From NCBI GenBank assembly GCA_951406725.2, contig OX597827.1, positions 26,474,001-26,538,000 of the forward strand: a DNA stretch of 64,000 nt, given 5' to 3'. Source of the DNA: Octopus vulgaris (lineage: Eukaryota). The position numbers and the translations under genes were made by a program. Of this stretch, positions 53,116 to 64,000 are shown one piece after another (position 1 is the stretch's first letter; each line of letters opens with the position of its first letter). The notes under the pieces were generated by a model. It was given only the letters and a program-made list of their open reading frames with translations, was not told the origin of the DNA and did no database searches.

Positions 53116-54641
53116 AAAAAAGTATAGATAGATATACATGTAATCTATATGAAGAGGGAGAAGCAGGAGCGAGAGATGCTCATGTGACACGAGGATGGTA
53201 ACACCTGCTGGTACTTACACCATTAAACATTAACGCCGCTCTGTAAAAAGATGGCTATAAAGAGCGAGAAATCCGTGAAATTTGTTATAATCAAATTTAT
53301 CTCTTCTTGTAAAGCTAGTTTAGTAGACTTTGTTAACTTTTCTTTCTATAGTTTTTTTGTCTTTGCTTATTATATTTCTTATATTTTTGATAAACTTGAC
53401 TCTTGGATACTTTCAGGTTAATAGAAGCTTGTCATCGAAATGCGCGCATTATGTCAGCTGCTAGCAATTGCTCTATTCTCATTAGAGAATCAAAAACCGA
53501 AGTTCATGCAGAGGTTAGTGAAGCCATTTATAATGGCACATCATCCATAAAGGTTTGCTTTCAGGCGGCACACTGAAGAATTTCGAAGAAATTTAAGGGG
53601 CTATTCTTTGAAAAATTCCAGTTGCGGTAGCGTTTGTGGTGCTTCTGTACATGTGACTGTAAGTGCGTGAAAGTGTGTGTGCACACACGTGTGTGTGTGT
53701 GTGAGAGAGAGATAGAGACAGACAGATAGACAGAGACAGAGACAGAGAGAGAAAGAGAGAGAGAGAGGAAGGCTTTGGACGTGGTGTTAATTGGGCTTAC
53801 CGTGACAGGTTGAGGGTTATGTATAATGGCGTTATAATTTAAAGAAATTTATCACAGCTGCTAATAGCACTAGATAATATCATTGACGCGTGCATGTATG
53901 TACATACCTACGTATGTATATATGTATGTATGTATGTATGTACGTATGTATGTATGTATGTGTGTATGTATGTATGTACGTATGTATGTTTGTATGTATG
54001 TGTATGTATGTATGTGTGTATGTGTGTATATATGTACATACGCATGTATATACGTATGTATGTGTTTGAGTATGTGCATGTATGTGTGTTTGTATGCGTG
54101 CATGTATGTATGTATGTAGTATGTATGTATGAGCTGTATGTATGTGCATGTATGAGTGTGTACATGCGTGTATGTATGAATGCATGTATGTGTGGTTACG
54201 TATGTATGCATGTACGGATGCATGTATGTAAATGTGTATGTATGTATGCATGTATGTATGTGTGTGAATGTATGTATGCATGCATGTGTGCATGTATGTA
54301 TGCATTATGAATGCATGCATGAAGGTAGTTGGTAGGTAATTGTGTGTGTGTGCATGTGTGTATACATGCAGGCAAAATTATGTAGGCATCTGTTTAACTT
54401 TTACTTGTTTTCAGTCATTGGACGGCGGCCATGCTGGGGCACCGCCTTTAATAATTTTTTGTTGAACGATTCAAGTCCAGTGCTTAATTTTTTAAACCAT
54501 GGTACTTATTCTATCGGTCTTTTAGCCGAACAGCTAAGTTGCGTGGTTGTAAACAGACCAACACTAGCTGTCAAACGGTGGTACAGGGCAAACACACATA
54601 TCTATGTACATATATATAATATGCGTTTGTACACACACACA

Positions 54642-54695
<54 letters not shown>

Positions 54696-54720
54696 AAAAA
54701 GCAACAAGAATGGATTAAAA

Positions 54721-54808
54721 TCTCGGTACAATTGTTTCGTACGAGGACATCTTTAATAAGCTACAAAAAATGCAGTAAATACAGATGGCTCGTACTCGTC
54801 AGCCGAAA
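54721..54808 (-). ncRNA. type I hammerhead ribozyme, fully canonical
   Basis: minus: UUUCGG-CUGACGA-GUACGAG..CAUCU..AGAUG..CUCGUAC-GAAAC-AAUU-GUA-CCGAGA; 6-bp stem I, 7-bp stem II base, GUA triplet. Confidence 0.88.
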
Positions 54809-55337
54809 AAACATCAGAGAATTCCCAAACATCAAAAGGGGTAGATACAAATGAGGGTGTAAGATTAACTGCATTGAAGAAAGTTCGATTCCTGGAGATC
54901 CGATGAAAGGTCTTAAACTTACAGAATTTGTGCATGTCTATATATAGCTCATATTGGATTGTTAATCAAGTTATGTGAAGAAATTTCGGATACAGTCATG
55001 CGAAATTTCTGAAAATCCGAGTAAGAAGCAAAGTGACTGTCATATCGTGTAGAGGAAAATCCGAGTAAGAAGAAGCAAAGTGACTGTCATATCGTGTAGA
55101 GGAACAGATTGTTATTGAAATTTACAAGAATCACAGATAAGTTCGATTCCTGGAGATCCGATAAAAAGTCTTGAATTTACAGAATATGTGCATGTCCCTA
55201 TAGTTCATAGTGAATTATTAATCAAGTTATGTGAAGAAATTTTGGGTACAATCATGCGAAAATATCAGGGAATCCGAATGAGAAGCAAAATGACAGTCTT
55301 ATTCTGTAGAGGGGCAGATTGTTATTATCTGATGTTT

Positions 55338-55425
55338 TTTCGGCTGACGAGTACGAGCCATCTGTATTTACTGCATTTTTTGTAGCTTATTAAAGATGTC
55401 CTCGTACGAAACAATTGTACAGAGA
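55338..55425 (+). ncRNA. type I hammerhead ribozyme (inverted twin of 54721-54808; one stem I mismatch)
   Basis: tttcgg-CTGACGA-gtacgag..ctcgtac-GAAAC-aatt-GTA-cagaga. Confidence 0.82.
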
Positions 55426-55773
55426 TTTTAATCCATTCTTGTTGCTTTTTTCCTATTTGTAATCACCCCACTTGTCGTATGGTTAACACCATATAGATTT
55501 TCGGTGCATCCTAGTTAAGGACCATATTCATGTGAATTCATTAGCATTCACTTGAATCTCAATTACTTAAACCGTATATATATATATATATATATATATT
55601 GTATATAAGAAAAGGGACAGGCAAACAGGTTGCTTGACCGCATACCGAAAAAATAGAAATAGCAGTCAAGAATGCTTATTTCTATCAAAGTTGGACTCGG
55701 GCACGACAAACCCTGTAATTCACATATGCAAAACAGAAGGAATAGATAACGAAAACGAAGTCTGGTGGTTATC

Positions 55774-55884
55774 TGTGAACATCATGTTTCTGGATTATAA
55801 ACATATTGAATATATATTTCATATATATTTTTGATATATATTTCATATACATTGCATATATATTTCGCATCCTTCTTCAGCACA
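55774..55884 (-). ncRNA. type I hammerhead ribozyme with long AU-rich stem-loop II (left arm)
   Basis: inverse of 55986-56096. Confidence 0.65.
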
Positions 55885-55985
55885 CTTTTGCTCACTTTCT
55901 TCAAATATTTTGATGTCGCATGGTCAGAAGGTTTGAGGTACGTAGCATTTGATAAATCTATGATAAATCTTTTTCAATGGAAAGC

Positions 55986-56096
55986 TGTGCTGAAGAAGGA
56001 TGTGAAATATATATGCAATGTATATGAAATATATATCAAAAATATATATGAAATATATATTCAATATGTTTATAATCCAGAAACATGATGTTCACA
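55986..56096 (+). ncRNA. type I hammerhead ribozyme with long AU-rich stem-loop II (right arm)
   Basis: UGUG-CUGAAGA-A-GGAU..(AU-rich)..AUCC-A-GAAACA-UGA-UGUU-CACA; stem I UGUG/CACA, stem III ACA/UGU, GUU triplet. Confidence 0.68.
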
Positions 56097-56398
56097 GATA
56101 ACCACCAGACTTCGTTTTCGTTATCTATTCCTTCTGTTTTGCATATGTGAATTACAGGGTTTGTCGTGCCCGGAGTCCAACTTTGATAGAAATAAGCATT
56201 CTTGACTGCTATTTCTATTTTTTCGGTATGCGGTCAAGCAACCTGTTTGCCTGTCCCTTTTTCTTATATACAATATATATACTGAACTTCACAGAAGTTC
56301 CTGCCGGTAATCGGCTATATTTACATACCGAATTCTACCAGTAAATAATTGGGTTTTTTTTAAAAGCCTTTATAGAAATTATTTATTCTTCTTCTTAT

Positions 56399-56447
<49 letters not shown>

Positions 56448-57924
56448 AATATAAGGATAAAAATCATGTTAATGATTGTTATCACGTAGTCAGCATCCTA
56501 TAAAGATTTATAGGCAATTAATGCATTAAATTAATAATAATATTCGTATGTAAAGCTCCAGCTGGAGATTTTGGTAGTTTTTGAAGGTACCGGCACTTCA
56601 AGGATGCTGGAGAACGGTCGTTTCTGTCCGATCTCCATTGATATAATGTATGTGTGTGTGTGTGTGTGCGTGTGTGTGTGTGTGTATAGAACATGAAATA
56701 AATGAGAAATAATGAAAGCTTCTAAAATAATACATAAAGATTTACAAAACAAAAGACTTTTACATTGCAGGCGCAAAAGCAGTCAAAGATATGTGTATTT
56801 AGTAAGATTTAATTATTTTAAACAGCTTGGACTTTAAGCTAGCAACAGCTGCAAATCTTCAACTGTTGGTCGTAGTCGTTGAGACATATATTTACGTGGT
56901 AGTGGTGGTGGTGGTATATGTTAAGATGTATATATATATATCACAGTTTTAAATTCTCGAATAAATATCGCTCGAAGTGTTCGTAACAGTCCACTAATTC
57001 TGGTCTTTCATTTAGAATTCGGCAAAAAGTTAGTTTGTTATATTTCACTGACAAAGGTCACTCGTCCTGGCTCCATTGATATAAGGGGACTTCTGATGTT
57101 TTGTACAGCGATGGATTCTATAATTGTGCACGTTATTATCTTTCGAATTTCCTACATCTTTAGATAGTGACGTGCTGAATCATTTCTCTCAGTATCCCAA
57201 TACATACAAAAGTTGGGAAATGTTTTTTTAAAGATTTGTCAGTAAATTCCATATATATTTGTGTTTCACTGTTACTTGCAAGCAAGGTCTTAGCTCAGTA
57301 ATCCAGTGCTTTATAAAATCCTCTACCGTTGAAAAGTACACAGAGAGGGAAAGAGAAAAGTTTCAATGTCAGTCGTCAACGGAAAATGCTTTCCAGGTAA
57401 CATTCGCACGGACATTTCACTTACATGGCTGATTATAACATTTACCATTTCGTTTCGGATTTTGCGTTTAACTGTGTTGATATCGTTTCTTGGTGACATG
57501 TATTCTACATTAGAAGCTTCACTTCCTTGTTATAATGGGCAATAGATTAATACGTAATGTATTTCCTAACAATTTTTTTTTATCTGAGATTGCGAAGAAT
57601 AATTCGTATTTACATTAATGCAATTACTCGGTAGATATAAACCTACAGAGAAAATGCTGTGTATTTATTCAAATTTAAGATAGAATGATTAGTTCAGCAT
57701 TTGGGGAATTATAGATTTTTTCAATGACATCTATCTAAGACAATCAAAATTATGATCAAGGACGTGATATGAATGGTGGGATGAGGCGACATAACCTATG
57801 CGAGGCGAGAGAATCCTGCACATTAAGTATTAAAAAGATCACCAAAGTTCACCTCGGTTATGTATTCTCCTTCCATCAGAGTTAAATCGAATTAACTGTT
57901 GTTTAGCAAATAGCAACACACGCA

Positions 57925-57992
<68 letters not shown>

Positions 57993-58295
57993 TGTATACA
58001 GTGTGTGGATGAAAGGAATAACATTAGCATACATAGCAGAGAATATGGTTCAAACTGATGGAATTTAAATTCCAATCCCTTCATCATCGATCAGGGTCTT
58101 TGCATAGAATATAAGCTATAAGCACCCTCCTTACAGAGATGTTATGGAAGTAGAGAGGCAAATAAGCACAGGTAGGCTTTAGGCATATATTTACATGGAA
58201 CACAATATACAGATTTACAAAGAAGACAGACCAGAGTATGAGTGTATGAATGTGTGTATATATTAATGAACATATGTGTGTTTAAGCATATGTTT

Positions 58296-58330
<35 letters not shown>

Positions 58331-59048
58331 CATTATTATTTATCGCTACAAAATGGTCGTATGTTTCAATTTCTGGGGATTTTTCGTAGAAACCTCGTAG
58401 ACTGAAACTTGTGACTTCCTGTCACGAATCATTGCAAAAGAAGACAACATACAGTCAACCTCGTCAACATTCCTTTAATTGAAACTCGCTCCTAATCCTC
58501 GAACAGCTTTTTCATACATGTTTGTTCGTGTACGTATGTGTGCTTCAGTGTACATCAATGTGTGAGTGTGTGTGTTTGTTCCAAAGAAAAGTTACGACAG
58601 TGAGTGAAGGAAAGGCTGAAAGCTTCTTTCGTAGAACTCAACAAACTTTGATAAATATCTTGCATGAAACACTCAACCACGTTTATGACTTTTTTACTGG
58701 TTAATGTGTCTGTATATGTGCAAGTGTGTATATCCTGTGAATTTATGTGTATATATTTATAAATATATATATATAGGTGTGTGTATATATATATATACAT
58801 ACATATACATATATGTATGTATATATATGTATATATATATGTATATATATATACATATATACATATATGTATATATATGTGTGTGTTTGTGTGTGTGTGT
58901 GTGTGTGTTATAATTTAGAAAAAACTCCGAGTACTATAATGACAACTTCTTAACTGTTTGTTCTAAATTATAGCATATATAAATAATCATATATTTATCT
59001 AATATCTAATATCTCATTATTTTGTTGTTAGTTTTATTATTATTATTG

Positions 59049-59121
<73 letters not shown>

Positions 59122-60179
59122 CACTCATAATTGTGTATGGGGTATTATTTCTCTTTGTTCCACCAAAACTTTGGTTCCGTGTTTTCTTTTGTGTGTGTTT
59201 GTGCCTATTTATGCACGTTACTGAATACATAAGATGAACGGAAACGTATTTGAGTCTTAGAAACAGCAGTGTTTCTTTTCACGTGTGGGGAAAGTGTTGA
59301 ATCCCCTGACAGACTGTTTCACCGTTCGATGAACGCTCCTAACAAATGGCTTCATCCAATTTTCCTCCCCTACAGAGCATACTGCTGCTAATACAAATAT
59401 CATTAAGAACATTGAAGACAAAAGATATTGGTATGATAAGCTCAGGTCTGTACGACTATCACTCGAAAAGTGAGGCAAGATAACGAAAAACTGGCTAGAA
59501 ATGTAAAATTCAAATGTAATCCGCCATCCGCTTTTTGGTCGTCTGCGTTGACCTTCTTGAATTCCTAAACGATACATATGCAGATTATTCTGCCCATGTT
59601 GATTACAACCACAGAAGATTTCTGTTTCATTACGTTTCACATGATTATAAACAAAAGCATTAAAAATAAATCCAATCGATTCTGAATTATTAAAGTTTGT
59701 GGAATGATATTTTTAGGTCACGTGAATCCTATTCCTTTTTCTCTAAAATGGCTGGTTAATCACCATAATTGTATGATTTGGTCTTAGAAAGAAGTTTCTA
59801 GTGCACTTTAACCATTTTCGAAAATAATTTGTGTTCTTGCAGTCTGGTGTCTGAATTCATTCTAAAATAGTGAAATTAATACTTGGAAAATCAATAAAAT
59901 ATATAGACATCAGGTAATGATATATTTCGTCAAGTATTTTTTCTGATTAAAATTATTAGTTTATTGAAACGATAATGATATTTGCCACTTTCAGTCCAAT
60001 TATATGTGCGTGTGTATGTGTGCTGTGTGAATATGTGTCCATGTATTTGCGTGTATAAAAGCAGGTACGTATGTACATTTGCCTGCATGTATACAAACAC
60101 ACATACACACACACACACGCATATACGTATATATATAAGCACTCACATTTGTATGTATGTATACATGCACATACGAATA

Positions 60180-60228
<49 letters not shown>

Positions 60229-60369
60229 GTATGAATATACATGCATTGATTTATGCTTCTATGTGTGTCTGTATACATGCATCTATGTGTAATGTAAACG
60301 ATGAGACAGAAACACGAAGGAAACACATTCAATACAGTAAATAATATATATATTTTAGCATTTAGATTA

Positions 60370-60438
<69 letters not shown>

Positions 60439-60582
60439 CATTATTTTTATTTATTATATATATATACGTGCGAACATGGTCGTGTGTTTAAGAATTAGCT
60501 TTGCAATCATGTACTTTCGAGCGCAGTCCAAGTATGCTGCACGTGAGAGAAGGGTCAGATATATATGTATGCATAGCTATAG

Positions 60583-60679
<97 letters not shown>

Positions 60680-60839
60680 TGTGTATGTATATAATCCCAC
60701 CCCTTCCTTTTAACTGCTACCCCCATTAAACTCTATTCCTACCTGGTTTCTCATCTCTCATCTGATTTTTACTTACTTCTTTCATTCACCTCCACTTTTC
60801 TTTCACACCCTTCCTTAACTTTTCTATTGTACTTTTCTT

Positions 60840-60867
60840 CTGATGAAGGACTAGTGTCCGAAACGTT
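60840..60867 (+). ncRNA. hammerhead core in a microsatellite-adjacent pLTR-like insert (~60694-60975)
   Basis: CUGAUGA-A-GGAC-UAGU-GUCC-GAAAC-GUU; core and stem II perfect, stem I poorly paired. Confidence 0.65.
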
Positions 60868-62227
60868 GTTTAAAATACTTTTCCTTCTCTGGCAAGAATT
60901 AAATTAATGCAACATATGTTAAAAGTAGTCCCACTTAAATTGTCTTTTTTATTCTCGTTTATGTTTATTGTCTTCAGAATATTTTGAAATCAAACTTTAT
61001 CAGTCTTTTAGAGAACAAGGGTAGACAGTGTCTCTGATACTTTTACAGAGATTTTTTGATGGATACAAAGACGGAATGTATTCTTATCAGTAAACCTGGT
61101 TAAACAGAGAACTAAAGCATCGGTCGACCTGGCCATTGAATAAATCAACTTGCCACATTGAGATTTGGTCTCAGAACCCTCAAAAGCCGGACAGGAATAC
61201 TGCAAGATCTCTGGTCCAACGTTCTTAAAATTCAGTCAAGTCAGCTAATTAAAATTAAGCCATTTTCTCTTGGTACACAATGATCTAAGTAGGATATTGG
61301 ACTTGGACTCATGGCCTAGAGAGTCAGAGCAAACACCGAAATGGTGTTCGTCTGTCGTTCTAATGACTGCGAATTTGCAGACAACTTTTATAAAATACAT
61401 CCATCTGGTATGAAGCATCAACCGCTATTGATAAAAGCTGATCTATGCTATTGATCTGCAAAGAAAGTCAGAGTACGCTTTTTTTATCTAATCAGGATAT
61501 ACTTCACCTAATTCTACATTTCACTACTCACAGTTTTGAACTGCTAAACTTTATAATTGCACTTCCTTAATTTGAATCTTAAACATTAAAGACTTCATTC
61601 AAACATTTCTATACATACGTACTTTTTTGAATGCCCATTACTTCGACAATTCTGCAATTTTACAGTTACACTTTTTCCATGACAGTAGATAAATTTTTTA
61701 TTCCACAACGTATTTGTAGTGGCTTCATGCAGACATAGCGTGGATTTGATCCTCGATGGTCAAATTTCACTTAACACTTCAACAGCGCTTTTCTCACGGT
61801 AAAACAATAGCTTTTCTGTGAATTACAGAAATTATACATTCCCCAGATGCCATCGCTAAGCAGAATAATGTCGTTGCCACTTGGCCCTTCTAACCGCTTC
61901 TAGGCCACTAGGGGCTGGAATGGAGATAACAGACTTCCAACGAAATCATTTGTTCTCAATAATATGTCTATCCTTCTGGCTGTTTTTCGATAGTTGTAAA
62001 AACAAGAACTCCGTAAGCTAAAGGCAGTTATTAAGAGCAAACATCAGTGAGTGGGAACGTTATTAAACACTTCATTCATACATTTATATACATACAATCT
62101 CTCCCTCCTCCAGCTGACAGCTTTTTTTGTACTTTTTCGTGATGGAAAATACACCTTTTGTGGCAGTTATAACGAAATTGCTTTCTTATATCAGAGCAAT
62201 AAGACGTTTGAATAGAACATCTTTACC

Positions 62228-62362
<135 letters not shown>

Positions 62363-62644
62363 ATGTGTCTATATATTATTCTTCAATAACAATATTATTG
62401 AAAGTGACTAAGTAGTTTAGGCCAGCTAAGAAATCGTTAGATGATGGCTTAATGCCCGAAATTTCGAAGTCACTGGTGTTCATAGTATTCTACTTCACGA
62501 TTAATAAATTTATACTCTACAGAAGTAAAGAGTAACCCATCAGATTAATGTAAAATTGCTGTTATTATTATAGCTGATTACTAAAAAGGAAACAAACATT
62601 AAAATACTCACGCGCGTGCATATCCACATACCTACACACACACA

Positions 62645-62683
<39 letters not shown>

Positions 62684-62989
62684 ACACACACGCACACACG
62701 TATATATGACTATGTGTATGCACTTCAAAAGACAGACAGAGTGAAGTGAATGTTTTTTTTACTTTTGTTTTTAGTGTTTTTGCCTTTGGAAATATGGAAG
62801 GCCGGCTATTGACTTCCTTTGACCGAGCGAGCGTTAAATACGAAATGAGTGCTCTGTCTAGGACGTTGTTGTTCACGTGACTGCTTTTAGTTCCAACTAT
62901 CACAGTTGTTGCTGCTGTGGTTGTGATCATCATTATAATTATCACCATCATCATCATCATGACAATTGTTACTATTATTATTATTATCG

Positions 62990-63086
<97 letters not shown>

Positions 63087-63092
63087 TATTAC

Positions 63093-63298
63093 TGGCGGAA
63101 ACGTTAGCACACCGGGCGAAATGCTTAGCGGTATTTCGTCCGTCTTCATGTTCTAAGTTCAAATGCCACCGAGGTCGACTTTACTTTTCTTCCTTCCGAG
63201 GTCGACAAAATAAGTACCAATTGAACACTGGGGTCGATTACATCGACTCATCTTCTCCCCCAAGATTACTGCACTTGCGGCAAAATTTGAAACCATTA
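63093..63298 (+). mobile_element. SINE family A copy between (ATT)n tracts
   Basis: family consensus. Confidence 0.85.
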
Positions 63299-63385
63299 TT
63301 AGTATGATCATTATTTTCATAATTATCATTATTATTATTATTATCATTATTTTCATGATTATTATTATCATTATCATCATCATTG

Positions 63386-63458
<73 letters not shown>

Positions 63459-63557
63459 CATTATCATTAATATTATTATTATTACGTGAATGGTGAGGGG
63501 AAACATAGTTTTGCTACTTTATCTGCATTATTCATGAGTAATTTTTCAAATGACAGG

Positions 63558-63632
<75 letters not shown>

Positions 63633-63670
63633 CGATGATGATGATCATAACGATGATGATGATGATGATG
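63558..63670. repeat. (GAT)n microsatellite
   Basis: direct inspection. Confidence 0.95.
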
Positions 63671-64000
63671 AGAAAGAGGCAGATACAGATATTGTTGGCG
63701 ATGATGGTGACGAAGATTGTAATGATGTCGACCACGAGGAGAACGGTGCTGCAGGTGGAAGTGCTAATACTGACGAAACGAATACTGTCACGGTGGTGAT
63801 GGTGGTTTTCGGGAGGGTGGGATCGAGTGCAATGTGAAGCTAGTTTTGCTACTTTTGTTTCCAGCAGTTGTCAATGGTGGCGCTGACGATGATGACGACA
63901 CCGATGAGGCTACTGTGTGCGGGGTGGGGTTGGGTGTTTAAAACCAGGTAGACGTTCTCTGTTTTTTCACTATTTCTATGGTTCCAAAACTTCGCTCTTT

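Larger units (their letters stand above)
54691..55574. mobile_element. (TA)n-inserted foldback element 1: ~128-bp inverted arms (54691-54818 / 55328-55456), internal diverged tandem duplication, ~118-bp tail
   Basis: arms near-identical inverse complements; TA tracts on both sides. Confidence 0.88.
55598..56402. mobile_element. (TA)n-inserted foldback element 2: ~287-bp inverted arms (55598-55884 / 55986-56274), ~100-bp spacer, ~125-bp tail
   Basis: arms differ at only about 3 positions by eye; TA tracts on both sides. Confidence 0.88.

Noticed and set aside
62403-62475. Possible hammerhead (gatgatggc-ttaat-gcc-cgaaa..gtc)
   Set aside because: Core too degenerate and stems cannot be assigned consistently
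63550-63837. Poly-Asp acidic ORF (biomineralisation-like)
   Set aside because: Derived from a (GAT)n microsatellite next to (ATT)n tracts; no signal peptide or splice evidence

Overview
AT-rich, microsatellite-saturated animal DNA. The SINE and simple-repeat content resembles an octopus (coleoid cephalopod) genome, which is my inference. The window is intronic or intergenic, with no convincing host protein-coding gene, and almost all ORFs in the track are artefacts of (TA)n, (CA)n and (AAT)n tracts. Supported content: (1) a 5'-truncated R4/Dong-type RLE non-LTR retrotransposon plus two further elements stacked in one (AAT)n array (19.6-22.6 kb); (2) a full-length but inactivated DD34D mariner (50669-51950), three other Tc1/mariner relics and several MITEs; (3) many copies of at least three tRNA-derived SINE families; (4) a Helentron-like non-autonomous element; (5) a Penelope-like RT relic. 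The most interesting signal is a set of short non-coding inserts that sit in or beside (TA)n microsatellites. Together they carry about a dozen type I hammerhead ribozyme motifs from several unrelated sequence families. Two of these inserts are near-perfect foldback elements with an oppositely oriented hammerhead in each arm, and three unrelated copies share a CCGANGA (U4C) core variant. This looks like a (TA)n-targeting, ribozyme-bearing, Penelope/retrozyme-like non-autonomous system. It often uses the internal microsatellite of a SINE as its landing pad. All ribozyme calls were folded by eye, and repeat boundaries are approximate.
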